DNA from: a virus
DNA: 64,000 bases
IMG/VR virus record: IMGVR_UViG_3300042448_000816
Coordinates: 1 to 64,000 of that record
Strand: one strand, 5' to 3'
Positions 18,422-27,367 of this stretch are shown piece by piece. The translations under genes and the position numbers were made by a program. Numbering within the stretch: the stretch's first letter is position 1; each line of letters starts with the position of its first letter. The notes beneath the pieces were generated by a model. The model did not search any database. It saw only the letters and a program-made list of their open reading frames with translations, and was not told the DNA's origin.

Positions 18422-19363
18422 GTGGCAAAAATAACTTTTTTAGGAAACTTTAGAGTAGACTTTACTAGCGAGTCTCATCACTCAAAAACTTTAGAGTCTT
18501 TAGGACATGAAGTAATTAGATTGCAAGAAAGTGAAGCCACCACCGAGATGGTTTTACAAAACGCAATGGACAGTTCTCTTTTTATTTGGGTTCATACTCA
18601 CGGATGGAACACCATCGGAAGATTTACAATGGAAGATGTGTTGTTAGAACTAAAAAAGCATAAAATTCCTAGCATGACCTACCACCTAGATCTTTGGTTT
18701 GGGTTAAGAAGACAAAAAGATCTGCGTCGTAAACCAGTCTATCAATACATAGATCACTTCTTTACTGTGGATAGGAAGATGGCTGACTGGTTTAATTCAA
18801 ATACATCTGTAAAGGGTCACTACTTGCCAGCTGGGGTTTATGACAAGGAATGTACCTACACCCCAGCCATTGCAACAGAAGAAGTTATCTTTGTTGGAAG
18901 CAAAACATACCATCCAGAGTGGCCGTATAGACCAAAGCTTATTAACTTTTTAAACCAAGCTTATGGAAAAAGATTTAACCTTTACGGAAGAGAAGGGGTT
19001 AAGATGGTGAGAGGACAAGAGTTAAATAATCTTTATGCTGCTACTAAGGTGGTTGTTGGAGATACTCTATGCCCAGACTTTGCTTACCCAGATTATTGGT
19101 CAGACAGGATTTATGAAACTATTGGTCGTGGAGGCTTTCTAATTCATCCATATATTAAAGGTCTTGAAAAAGAGTTTGAAGATAAGAAGCACGTGGTGTT
19201 TTACGAATACAACAACCTGGATCAGCTAAAAGAATTAGTAGACTATTACCTAGAACATGACGAAGAGCGTGACCAGATTAGAAGGTCTGGTCATGAACTT
19301 GTAAAGAATAACTACACATATAAAAATAGATGGCAGACAATACTTAAGGAACTAAGCATATGA
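18422..19363 (+). CDS. Glycosyltransferase, GT-B fold, CgeB-like
   Basis: FVGS, WSDRIYETIGRGGFL, and E.R..IR..G...V...YTY..R motifs. Confidence 0.85.
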   Translation: MAKITFLGNFRVDFTSESHHSKTLESLGHEVIRLQESEATTEMVLQNAMDSSLFIWVHTHGWNTIGRFTMEDVLLELKKHKIPSMTYHLDLWFGLRRQKDLRRKPVYQYIDHFFTVDRKMADWFNSNTSVKGHYLPAGVYDKECTYTPAIATEEVIFVGSKTYHPEWPYRPKLINFLNQAYGKRFNLYGREGVKMVRGQELNNLYAATKVVVGDTLCPDFAYPDYWSDRIYETIGRGGFLIHPYIKGLEKEFEDKKHVVFYEYNNLDQLKELVDYYLEHDEERDQIRRSGHELVKNNYTYKNRWQTILKELSI

Positions 19364-20100
19364 CTGATTATCTTATTGTTATACCAGTATACAAGGTACA
19401 CGAAAGAACTATTAAGTGCTTAAAATCAATAAAAGATTACGAACACGTTCTTTTGGTAGACAATACTGGCACAGGAGAATGTGAAAAACTTATAAACGAA
19501 TACCCAGGAATCAGGGTTTCTGTTCAAACCGAAAACATTGGTGTTTCTCGTGCATGGAATATTGGAATAGATGAAGGTCATGACTGGACCTTTATTGTTT
19601 CTAGTTCTATGATTTTTAAGGGTGGCTTCAAGCAAATTGCAGCAATGGTAGAAAATTATGATGGCCCAGTTTTTAGAACAGACCATGCTTGGCATTGCAT
19701 TGGTATATCTAAAAAAGCTGTTGAGGTTGTTGGTAGATTTGATGAAAACTTTTATCCAGGTTATCTTGAGGATTGCGACTGGGACTTTAGATCTAGTTTG
19801 GCAAAACAAAAAGAATATGATAATTTTAAAATCAATGCAACCTGTCAAGTAAATGGTGGAGCAACAATAGACGGGGCCTACGTTATGATAGCCCCTTTGC
19901 GTAAATACTTTGTTGAAAAGTGGGGTGGACCAGAGCTGGATGAAAAAGAAGGCGAACCGTTTTTTGGAGTTCCTATTATTTGGACAAGAGCAGAAAACAT
20001 TTATTCTAAACCATTTAACAATAAAAATAATGAGTTAAGCTATTGGGAACAAAGAAGCATAGAAGAACTAAGAGAAAAATACGGATTTAATAATCTATGA
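19360..20100 (+). CDS. Glycosyltransferase family 2
   Basis: IVIPVY, LLVDN, NIGVSRAWNIG and VGRFDENFYPGYLEDCD motifs. Confidence 0.88.
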   Translation: MTDYLIVIPVYKVHERTIKCLKSIKDYEHVLLVDNTGTGECEKLINEYPGIRVSVQTENIGVSRAWNIGIDEGHDWTFIVSSSMIFKGGFKQIAAMVENYDGPVFRTDHAWHCIGISKKAVEVVGRFDENFYPGYLEDCDWDFRSSLAKQKEYDNFKINATCQVNGGATIDGAYVMIAPLRKYFVEKWGGPELDEKEGEPFFGVPIIWTRAENIYSKPFNNKNNELSYWEQRSIEELREKYGFNNL

Positions 20101-21125
20101 GAATAGGCTTAATTGCTAGATCGGATAACTCTGGGTTGGGTAATCAGACAAGAGAGCTAGCCTACATGCTTAATCCAGACAAAATTTTATTAATAGACTC
20201 TACACCATTTAATCAAAACACACAAAATGTAGAGTGGTATAAAGACTACAACGTCACTAAAAATATTGGATTTATCAAAGACAAAACAGCCCTAGATTTT
20301 TTGAAAGACTTGGATGTAGTTATAAGTTGTGAAATCTTTTACAACAAAAAATTTCCAGTATTTGCAAAACAGGCTGGTGTTAAAACAGTTTTGCAGTATA
20401 ACTATGAGTTTTTAGATAATTTACAGAACCCAGAACTATCATTGCCAGACATTTTGCTATCTCCAAGCACGTGGGGCCTTGAAGACGTTGTTTCAAAATT
20501 TGGAAAATCTTGTAGTGTTATTCATTTGCCACCTCCGACAAGGCATGAGCTATTTAAAAATGCTAGAGACTTGAATTCAAAACCAAACAGAAAACTTTTA
20601 CACATTGCTGGAAAGGTTGCTATAAAGGATAGAAATGGTACAGATACAGTAATTGAAATGATGAAACATTCAAAGCAAGACTTTACCTTAGAGATTAGAT
20701 CTCAGGTAAAACTTAACTATAGCATAGATGATGATAGAATTAAGATTATTACTGATGATATTAAAAACCAGGAAGATCTATACTCTGGTTATGATGCAAT
20801 GGTTCTCCCCCGAAGATATGCTGGGCTATGCTTACCGATGAATGAGGCCCTCCTGAGCGGCTTGCCAGTCTTCATGACTGATATATCACCAAACAACCAG
20901 GTTCTGCCCTCAGAATGGCTTGTAGCGTCTTACAAGACAGATCAGTTAATGACAAGGACCATGTTGGATGTCTATTCAGCTGACCCAAAGCAGCTTGCTG
21001 CCAAGATAGACTTTTACATGTCCTCTGACCAGACAGCAGCAAAAGCTTTAGCTTTTGATATTGGATATTCAAACTTTTCTAGTGAATCTTTAAAACAAAA
21101 ATACTTAGATATTATTAAGTTATAG
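20097..21125 (+). CDS. Glycosyltransferase, GT-B fold (GT4-like)
   Basis: SGLG and PRRYAGLCLPMNEALLSGLPVFMTD motifs. Confidence 0.88.
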   Translation: MRIGLIARSDNSGLGNQTRELAYMLNPDKILLIDSTPFNQNTQNVEWYKDYNVTKNIGFIKDKTALDFLKDLDVVISCEIFYNKKFPVFAKQAGVKTVLQYNYEFLDNLQNPELSLPDILLSPSTWGLEDVVSKFGKSCSVIHLPPPTRHELFKNARDLNSKPNRKLLHIAGKVAIKDRNGTDTVIEMMKHSKQDFTLEIRSQVKLNYSIDDDRIKIITDDIKNQEDLYSGYDAMVLPRRYAGLCLPMNEALLSGLPVFMTDISPNNQVLPSEWLVASYKTDQLMTRTMLDVYSADPKQLAAKIDFYMSSDQTAAKALAFDIGYSNFSSESLKQKYLDIIKL

Positions 21126-21830
21126 TTTCCAGCCCAGGCTTACAAGCTTTCTTAGAAAAACAGCCTTATTGTGTTCTGCAGATCTAACCACTTTGCTTAG
21201 AGCAACGCCGTCCTGGCCGCCAATAACTAATCCCTCTATGGGGTTATATCCAAGCTTCCATTTAAGAACATGGCTAGCGTAATAAGACATCCATAGGTCT
21301 TCTACCATATATGCTTCTTTTGGAGCAAGAAAAATTCCGTCTTCTAAGAATAGCTTGGCATCTGCCATGGCAACGGCAGTTCCGCAATAATCAACTCTTA
21401 AGTTTGAATTGGTTACTTTAAATCTTCTTCTGTAATAGTTCTGACCACGTTGCGTGAATTGCCAGGCATAAGCAGATCTAAAAGACTCTGGTTCAAAATA
21501 AGACAGGCACTGATCAACATAGGTTGTTGGAATAATTACATCATCATCTAAAAATAGTATTACATCAAATCCTTGCAGGGCAAGCTCTTTACCTATATAT
21601 AGTCTTCTAAAAGCATACATATCGTTGTTGTCGTGCATGAGTATTATATTTAGCTTATCAATAAATGGGGTTACATAAGTCTCTACCGTGGTCATTTCGG
21701 GAATATTTGAGTTTGATATGTAAGTTGTAAAATCTTTATTTGTTTGATTTGAAAGCATCTCCAAAGACCGTGGAAGACTATCCAGTCTTTTCCACGTTAG
21801 CATTACGACGGCAACTTTAATATTGGACAT
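21120..21830 (-). CDS. Glycosyltransferase family 2
   Basis: VVMLTWKR, FLDDD (DxD) and EDLW motifs. Confidence 0.8.
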   Translation of the reverse strand: MSNIKVAVVMLTWKRLDSLPRSLEMLSNQTNKDFTTYISNSNIPEMTTVETYVTPFIDKLNIILMHDNNDMYAFRRLYIGKELALQGFDVILFLDDDVIIPTTYVDQCLSYFEPESFRSAYAWQFTQRGQNYYRRRFKVTNSNLRVDYCGTAVAMADAKLFLEDGIFLAPKEAYMVEDLWMSYYASHVLKWKLGYNPIEGLVIGGQDGVALSKVVRSAEHNKAVFLRKLVSLGWKL

Positions 21831-21897
21831 ATCTGATCAATTCTATCATACAAAGAACAGGCCACCAAAAAGATGACCTGTTCCTTGTCTTGTTCAA

Positions 21898-22212
21898 TTA
21901 CTTCTTTTTTGAAGCTGGCTTCTTCTTTGCAGGAGCCTTCTTAGCAGCCTCTGAGAGCTTCTTAGAGACCTCTTTAGTGGCCACCTCAGCAATTAGTCCA
22001 AAAGCTGGATCTTGCTTGTTTACGTAGCGTAGAATGGTTGGTACGGCTGCAGCCCACAGACCATTAGCAACAGTAAGCCACTCTCCAGTGCCAAAGTCTA
22101 GCGGTGAAGCCAGCCCAGAGTTTGCCATGGTAGTTGTGATTAGTGCTAGTGCAACACCTAGCAGGTTACGTAGATAAGAATCTAGTACTGCTTTGATTTC
22201 TTTTGTATTCAT
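21898..22212 (-). CDS. Putative holin
   Basis: SYLR, two TM helices, P.ILRY.N..DPAFG and a very basic C-terminus. Confidence 0.65.
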   Translation of the reverse strand: MNTKEIKAVLDSYLRNLLGVALALITTTMANSGLASPLDFGTGEWLTVANGLWAAAVPTILRYVNKQDPAFGLIAEVATKEVSKKLSEAAKKAPAKKKPASKKK

Positions 22213-22256
22213 TTTTCTCCTTGTTTTTACTTTTTCTATACTTTTGTATAGAAACC

Positions 22257-22685
22257 TTAATTCTTTTTATCTTCTTGAGGTAAAGCCTCACTGATTAATT
22301 TTCTGTAAGCCTTTTCAATTTTTTTAAAGGACTTTAGAGAAAGGTTGTCTCCAGTTGCTGTACCGTAAGTAAGCATATAATCTATTTCTGGATCTACCTC
22401 AGCCCGAAACTTAACCAAAGAATCTTGCACCTTTTCGATGTATTCAAAGGCCAGGTCCCTGGACTCAGAAATAAACTTTAAGAATCCATCAGTTTTTTCT
22501 ATTGAAACTTCTTCTTTTTTCTTAAGCTCTTCAGCAAGCATTGTTAAAGTTATGTTGTTATCTATGCTTGACTGAAGAAGCTCTTTAGCCAGTCTCCTAT
22601 GACGTATTTTTAAGTTTATGATGGTAATAATTAAACTAACTATAACTACTATTAAAAACGTAAAAGCAATAAAATCTAAATTCAT
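22257..22685 (-). CDS. Membrane-anchored hypothetical protein
   Basis: N-terminal TM helix; FLKFISESRD.AFEYIE motif. Confidence 0.7.
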   Translation of the reverse strand: MNLDFIAFTFLIVVIVSLIITIINLKIRHRRLAKELLQSSIDNNITLTMLAEELKKKEEVSIEKTDGFLKFISESRDLAFEYIEKVQDSLVKFRAEVDPEIDYMLTYGTATGDNLSLKSFKKIEKAYRKLISEALPQEDKKN

Positions 22686-22921
22686 TCTTCTCCACCTTCT
22701 CGAACAATCAAAACAATCGCTCCATTATCTTCTAGGGCCTTTTTAACCCTGATCATATACTCAACAGCCTGACGCTTACCGTCGGTAGTTAGAAGCATAA
22801 ACATTTTTTCTTGTGCCTTAATGGTAATGAAGTGTTGATTATCAATTACCTGTAGGTAGAAACCTTTTGGGGCAAAATGTGCTAGGGAATGAAAGGCCCT
22901 CTTCATTGCGTCAGTGTACAT
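22682..22921 (-). CDS. Hypothetical protein (MYTDAMKRAFHS...)
   Basis: Start moved to the ATG with a GAGG SD. Confidence 0.65.
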   Translation of the reverse strand: MYTDAMKRAFHSLAHFAPKGFYLQVIDNQHFITIKAQEKMFMLLTTDGKRQAVEYMIRVKKALEDNGAIVLIVREGGEE

Positions 22922-23135
22922 TAGCATCCTCTTTCCAGTGTAGGTAGGACTTAATATATACCGCCGCATATGCGATAGCAGAAACAATAAAGCCATACTG
23001 CTCAGTAACTACTGCATAAACAATCCAAATTACTTCATTGAACAACAAAACAAACCAACCCCAAAGCGTTTTTCTTCCAACAAAGTAAATGCCTGCCACT
23101 CCAATAATGGCAAGACCCCACGACCAAAGCTCCAT
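22911..23135 (-). CDS. Small 3-TM PnuC/SemiSWEET-like membrane protein
   Basis: 74 aa; W.GW..N..WIVY..QYG..Y..W pattern. Confidence 0.6.
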   Translation of the reverse strand: MELWSWGLAIIGVAGIYFVGRKTLWGWFVLLFNEVIWIVYAVVTEQYGFIVSAIAYAAVYIKSYLHWKEDANVH

Positions 23136-23422
23136 TACTTATCCTCCATAGTCAGACTCTTCCAAGTTTCAGCCCACTGATCCTTGCTTCTGTGCTTTGA
23201 AAACTCTCTAGAAATTTTTCCATTCTCAAGAAAAATACCTCCCCAGACGCCCCACTCTTTTTGAGAAACCCCAACGGCGAAGCATTCTCTGGATACTGGA
23301 CATCCAGCACAGAGTTTGTCTATTGCAGGACGAAGGGCAAGATCTTCTTCATATTTATCAAAAAATAAATTTGAGTCAAAGCCTTTACAGGAGCCTTCGT
23401 CTTTCCACTCATGCCTTCCCAT
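23135..23422 (-). CDS. whiB: WhiB-family Fe-S transcription factor
   Basis: W....C, FF, CAGCPV..EC and GVWGG motifs. Confidence 0.92.
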   Translation of the reverse strand: MGRHEWKDEGSCKGFDSNLFFDKYEEDLALRPAIDKLCAGCPVSRECFAVGVSQKEWGVWGGIFLENGKISREFSKHRSKDQWAETWKSLTMEDK

Positions 23423-24393
23423 TAGCAACAATGCTTTCTGGAATAACCCAGCCATCAATACCAGGAACAAACCTTTCCTGGATTAGCCACTGTCCTTTAA
23501 TGCAAACACCATTAGGAGATGTTCTAGCCTTATCAGACTTGTAAGTTCTTACAACAGTCCAGCCGTCCCAGGAAAAACTTTTGTTTGATGAAACAAACTT
23601 TTCCATTTCGTCAATTGTTTTGATGACCATGATCTTTTCTTTCTTTATTTAATAGCGATAGATTCCGACTTTAGCATCTTTGCTTTCTGCATATGACACT
23701 ATATCCGACACTGCTTCTTTAGGCTTACTAAAGAATGCAAGGTAATCTATGCTATGTACGTTTTCTTTTATCCAGCTTGGTGGTACTCTTATCATTTTTA
23801 TTTTAATTCCCCGTGCTTTGAGACTTCTCTCAGAGACTCCAGAAAACTCCAGGGCCATAGAATTTATCTGTGCTGGACCTGCGGAATAGAGATAGAACTC
23901 TTTATCTTCATCTGGTAGATTTGAGAGGGCTACACCCATAGCTCGCAAGAATACTGGGTATAGGTCAAAAGCCTTTGTTCCCTGTATAGCCACGATCATT
24001 TTTGTTTCCCTCGTTCAAGACATCTACGATGTAGATTAACTTCTCTAATTGTACACCATTCATACCCATTGTGTCAACTCTCCTAGCTGTGTCTTCTTTT
24101 ACGATACCGTCTTCCTGATCCGCAATAAACAGGGCATTTTCTTTAATCCAATAAGCTTCTTTATCTATAAAAAGAACCTTAACGTTCATGACTTTTTCAC
24201 AATTAGCAGATTGGGTTGGCTTTTTGATAGGATGAAACATTGATTCTGGAATGTTGTATTTTATAATTTCATGTATGTGAGTTTGGCTATAGCGTACACT
24301 ATTACCAAAATCTTTTGAAATCATCTTGGGAGCAATTAATCTAAAGAATAGAAACATTCCGATTGCTACTAAAAACCCTAAAAGATAGTCCAC
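23409..24393 (-). CDS. Three hypothetical ORFs (23409-23630; 23649-23999, possibly SLOG-like; 23965-24393, membrane-anchored)
   Basis: ORF track; coupled co-directional genes. Confidence 0.65.
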
Positions 24394-24416
24394 GTTTATC
24401 CAATATAATCTTAAGA

Positions 24417-24821
24417 CTAAGAGTTTTTTGCTCTAGCCTTAGCCAGTACTTCGAAGTCTTTAACCTTGGTGTCTCCAAGATATCCCCAGGCGTAACCTTT
24501 TTCAATCATTTCCATGTTAATCGAGTTGCCTTCACCGTCAAGGTATAGCCATCCAAGAATGCGTCCATACTTTTCAGACGAATCCATCTTTTCAGTTTTA
24601 ATAACAACAGTCTTTGCTGCCTTGATACGATCTGCCAAATACTTCTTGGACTCTAGGCCCAGGGTTTTCTCTGCCTTATCCTTTGTACGACTTTCTGGGG
24701 TATCAATGCCAGCCAACCTTACACGTGAAGTAAAGCTAATATCAAAACCTAAATCAATAACAACGTCAATGGTGTCTCCATCTACTACGTTGACAACTTG
24801 TTTTACATAATACTCAAACAT
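24417..24821 (-). CDS. Thermonuclease (staphylococcal nuclease family)
   Basis: VVDGDT, RVRLAGIDTPE, EKYGRIL and N..MI.KGYA motifs. Confidence 0.93.
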   Translation of the reverse strand: MFEYYVKQVVNVVDGDTIDVVIDLGFDISFTSRVRLAGIDTPESRTKDKAEKTLGLESKKYLADRIKAAKTVVIKTEKMDSSEKYGRILGWLYLDGEGNSINMEMIEKGYAWGYLGDTKVKDFEVLAKARAKNS

Positions 24822-25061
24822 TTAATCATCCGCCTTTAGTCTATTCTCAATAAGTCTTTCTCGTTCGTCAACAACCTCTATGGCAAACTTCATCATTTTG
24901 TCATACCCCACAGCATTTGCCATAATTTCTTCATAGTGGTGTGCACAAAACAACAGGTCTCCATCTAGTCCTTTAGCCCAAATATAGGCCTGTGCATTGC
25001 ATCCAGAATCACAACGATCGTTGGCGTTTAACAGCCACTCTTTTTCTTTAGTTTCTACCAC
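24822..25061 (-). CDS. Small Zn-binding hypothetical protein
   Basis: DRCD.C...LLFCAHH motif. Confidence 0.7.
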   Translation of the reverse strand: MVETKEKEWLLNANDRCDSGCNAQAYIWAKGLDGDLLFCAHHYEEIMANAVGYDKMMKFAIEVVDERERLIENRLKADD

Positions 25062-25237
25062 TATTTGTCCGTTCTATAGAATCCGCTACCATTAAACGTA
25101 ACGGCTCCTAATGAGTATACACGAGCAAGGTTCAAATTGCAAGTTTCACATTCGTAGCCAGGATCTTCTTCATTGATTCCTCGGCTAAACGTATAACGTT
25201 CTTTACAATCTGAACACTCATACTCGTATATTGGCAT
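25061..25237 (-). CDS. FmdB-like zinc-ribbon protein (58 aa, below the ORF-track cutoff)
   Basis: Hand translation: MPIYEYECSDC...CETC...FNGSGFYRTDK. Confidence 0.8.
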   Translation of the reverse strand: MPIYEYECSDCKERYTFSRGINEEDPGYECETCNLNLARVYSLGAVTFNGSGFYRTDK

Positions 25238-25248
25238 TTTTTATAAGT

Positions 25249-26013
25249 TTAGCCTAGTTTAGACCAGGTTAGAGGACCAACAACACCGTCTGCAGTTAGC
25301 TTGTGCTTCTTTTGAAAAGCAACAACGGCAGCGTGAGTCTTAGGCCCGAATGGACCGTTTGGGCTTACGCCTAGCTTGTTTTGTAGGTACACAACAGCTG
25401 GAGTTTGTGGCTCCCCCTGCTTCAAAAGCTTACCTCCGTATGGCATTGTTCCGTTTTTACTTACTTTGCCGTGCACTGGAGCTGGAGCAGCTGGAGCATC
25501 GACAGGAGTTTCTTGCTTAGCAGTTCCCTTAATTCCCTCTAGCTTCATAAGAGCGTCAAAGAAAGCTGTTGGTTCGATAAAGTTCAAGCCAGTGGCACTC
25601 CATTCATATTTCTTGCCCTTGTGCAATTCCCAGTGCAAGTGCTTGCCAGTTGACATACCAGTTGTCCCCATCTTGCCTAGCGGTGTGCCAGCTTCGATCT
25701 TTTGACCAACCTTAACTTTGATGCTGTCGTCTTGCATGTGAGCAAAAAGTGTTGTGTAGTGCTCTCCATTGATTACATGATGGACCATTACAAAATTACC
25801 AAATCCGCCACCAGCGGCAGTTGACTTTTTGGCCTCTGTTACAACACCGTCAAAAGGTGCTTCGATCCAGCAGGGCTCGTGTGGTGACCAAATATCTGTT
25901 CCGTTGTGGTGCTTAGCCACATTTGTTACTGGGTGGATACGGTTACCCATGATGCTGGTGATTTTCCAGTCTTTGCCTTGTACCCCGTCAATTGCCTGTT
26001 GTGCTCTTGCCAT
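25249..26013 (-). CDS. Endolysin: M23 peptidase plus peptidoglycan-binding domain
   Basis: HNGTD, FAHM and STGKHLHWE motifs; C-terminal FQKKHKLTADGVVGPLTW. Confidence 0.92.
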   Translation of the reverse strand: MARAQQAIDGVQGKDWKITSIMGNRIHPVTNVAKHHNGTDIWSPHEPCWIEAPFDGVVTEAKKSTAAGGGFGNFVMVHHVINGEHYTTLFAHMQDDSIKVKVGQKIEAGTPLGKMGTTGMSTGKHLHWELHKGKKYEWSATGLNFIEPTAFFDALMKLEGIKGTAKQETPVDAPAAPAPVHGKVSKNGTMPYGGKLLKQGEPQTPAVVYLQNKLGVSPNGPFGPKTHAAVVAFQKKHKLTADGVVGPLTWSKLG

Positions 26014-26074
26014 AATACTTCTCCTTATAAAATTTAGTATGCTATTAGCATAATCTTATTATACCATTTATTAG

Positions 26075-26147
26075 AGCCTCCAACAGGACTTGAACCCGTC
26101 ACCTACGCATTACAAGTGCGTCGCTCTACCAGATGAGCTATAGAGGC
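26075..26147 (-). tRNA. tRNA-Thr(UGU)
   Basis: Cloverleaf; anticodon arm ACGCA-CTTGTAA-TGCGT; TTCAAGT T-loop; CCA not encoded. Confidence 0.92.
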
Positions 26148-26151
26148 ATTG

Positions 26152-26895
26152 TTATTTAATTTTACCATTCTTGCCACCAAAAATCAAGTTTGTAATGTGA
26201 TTTTTAATACTAACCTTTTCTCCAGACGCCTTTGTGCCACTTCTGTAAAAGTTTTGAAATACTGGCTTTGTTATTGGAACAGAAATTGCCTCTATTCTTT
26301 TACGATGATAGTCTTGAAAATCTTCTAGCAGCTCAGGATCGTTCTCTACTCTAGATTCTTTTAGCTGAAAGTTTTCTACGGTGCCCCTTTCAATTGGAAA
26401 GAATACAAACAATGGCTCACCTTTTTTAAAGTTATAGCTGCCAGGTTCTGTAAGCAAAAAATTATAGGTAAAAGTATAAGATAGCCAGTCAGTTTCGACA
26501 ATAGCATCTAATGGCTTAAGTCCTTGCTTTGTTTCATTTGGAACTCCACGAATATATGTTGAAAAACCTTCTGGAGTTCTTATAATAAAGTCTACGTGTA
26601 TTGTAAAAGTCCCGCCGCCAAAATAACTGTGGAGGTGATCTTTAAAATATTCTTCTTCAGATGTTACATGAAAGTCAACGTCTTTCTCTTCTACACCACC
26701 ATACCAGTCTAGGGTAAAGTCTGCTGGACACAAGACTGCATAGCCGTACTGATTAGCAATGTTTAAAGGAATACACTTATAAGCAAACTTTTCTCGAGAC
26801 TCGTTCATCCATTTTCTTTTTGCAGTTAATGGAACTACTGGAAATATTGGAGGGCCAGGCAACAACCTGTTAAGTATTATTTCTTGCTTAGCCAT
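26152..26895 (-). CDS. DUF6065-like protein
   Basis: RKWM..FAYKCIPL.IANQYG, SYFG.G.FT, IVETDW.Y.FT.N and F.KGEP motifs; start moved to MAKQE. Confidence 0.75.
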   Translation of the reverse strand: MAKQEIILNRLLPGPPIFPVVPLTAKRKWMNESREKFAYKCIPLNIANQYGYAVLCPADFTLDWYGGVEEKDVDFHVTSEEEYFKDHLHSYFGGGTFTIHVDFIIRTPEGFSTYIRGVPNETKQGLKPLDAIVETDWLSYTFTYNFLLTEPGSYNFKKGEPLFVFFPIERGTVENFQLKESRVENDPELLEDFQDYHRKRIEAISVPITKPVFQNFYRSGTKASGEKVSIKNHITNLIFGGKNGKIK

Positions 26896-26914
26896 CTTTA
26901 CTCTTTCTGTTTTG

Positions 26915-26988
26915 CGACTCTGACCAGACTTGAACTGGCGACCCCTACCGTGACAGGGTAGTGCTCTAACCAACTGAGCTACAGAGCC
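26915..26988 (-). tRNA. tRNA-Asp(GUC)
   Basis: Cloverleaf; anticodon arm CTACC-CTGTCAC-GGTAG. Confidence 0.93.
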
Positions 26989-27039
26989 TGGTGTCCACTT
27001 TTATCCTTGTCTCTTTAGGAGTGGTGTAGACTAAACCAT
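26989..27039 (-). ncRNA. Structured tRNA-spacer element A (pseudoknot plus hairpin)
   Basis: TGGT-TTA-GTCTAC-ACCA-C-TCCT/AGGA-TAAAA-GTGGAC-ACCA. Confidence 0.65.
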
Positions 27040-27042
27040 TAG

Positions 27043-27113
27043 AGCGACTAGCGAGAATCGAACTCGCACATTAACCTTGGCAAGGTTACGCACTACCACT
27101 ATGCAATAGTCAC
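27043..27113 (-). tRNA. tRNA-Gly(GCC)
   Basis: Cloverleaf; anticodon arm TAACC-TTGCCAA-GGTTA. Confidence 0.9.
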
Positions 27114-27163
27114 TGTTGTCCATTTTTATCTCATACCCGTGAGAGTGGTATGGACCACACCAT
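27114..27163 (-). ncRNA. Structured tRNA-spacer element B (pseudoknot plus hairpin)
   Basis: TGGT-GTG-GTCCAT-ACCA-C-TCTCA/TGAGA-TAAAA-ATGGAC-AACA. Confidence 0.65.
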
Positions 27164-27166
27164 TAG

Positions 27167-27238
27167 CTGACCCACCTGGATTCGAACCAGGAACCTTAGA
27201 GTTAACAGCTCTCTGCTCTGCCGTTGAGCTATGGATCA
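27167..27238 (-). tRNA. tRNA-Asn(GUU)
   Basis: Cloverleaf; AGAG-CTGTTAA-CTCT anticodon arm; TTCGAAT T-loop. Confidence 0.92.
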
Positions 27239-27244
27239 TTTTCG

Positions 27245-27352
27245 CTACCTGTTTACCAAACGACGCTTAATTGCATCGAAGATCTTTGGCCGTTTCTTTT
27301 CTGCCTTACCATTAGGGCGATTGTCATTTCTGTTACCTTTTGCTTTTGCCAT
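27245..27352 (-). CDS. 35-aa highly basic peptide (MAKAKGNRNDNRPNGKAEKKRPKIFDAIKRRLVNR)
   Basis: Hand translation; AGGA SD upstream. Confidence 0.55.
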   Translation of the reverse strand: MAKAKGNRNDNRPNGKAEKKRPKIFDAIKRRLVNR

Positions 27353-27367
27353 TATATTTTCCTATCC

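Noticed and set aside
26989-27163. Theta (HDV-like), pistol or hammerhead ribozyme identity for the tRNA spacers
   Set aside because: No P3/P1.1 nested pseudoknot, no pistol P2/P3 arrangement and no CUGANGA/GAAA core; kept as an unassigned structure.
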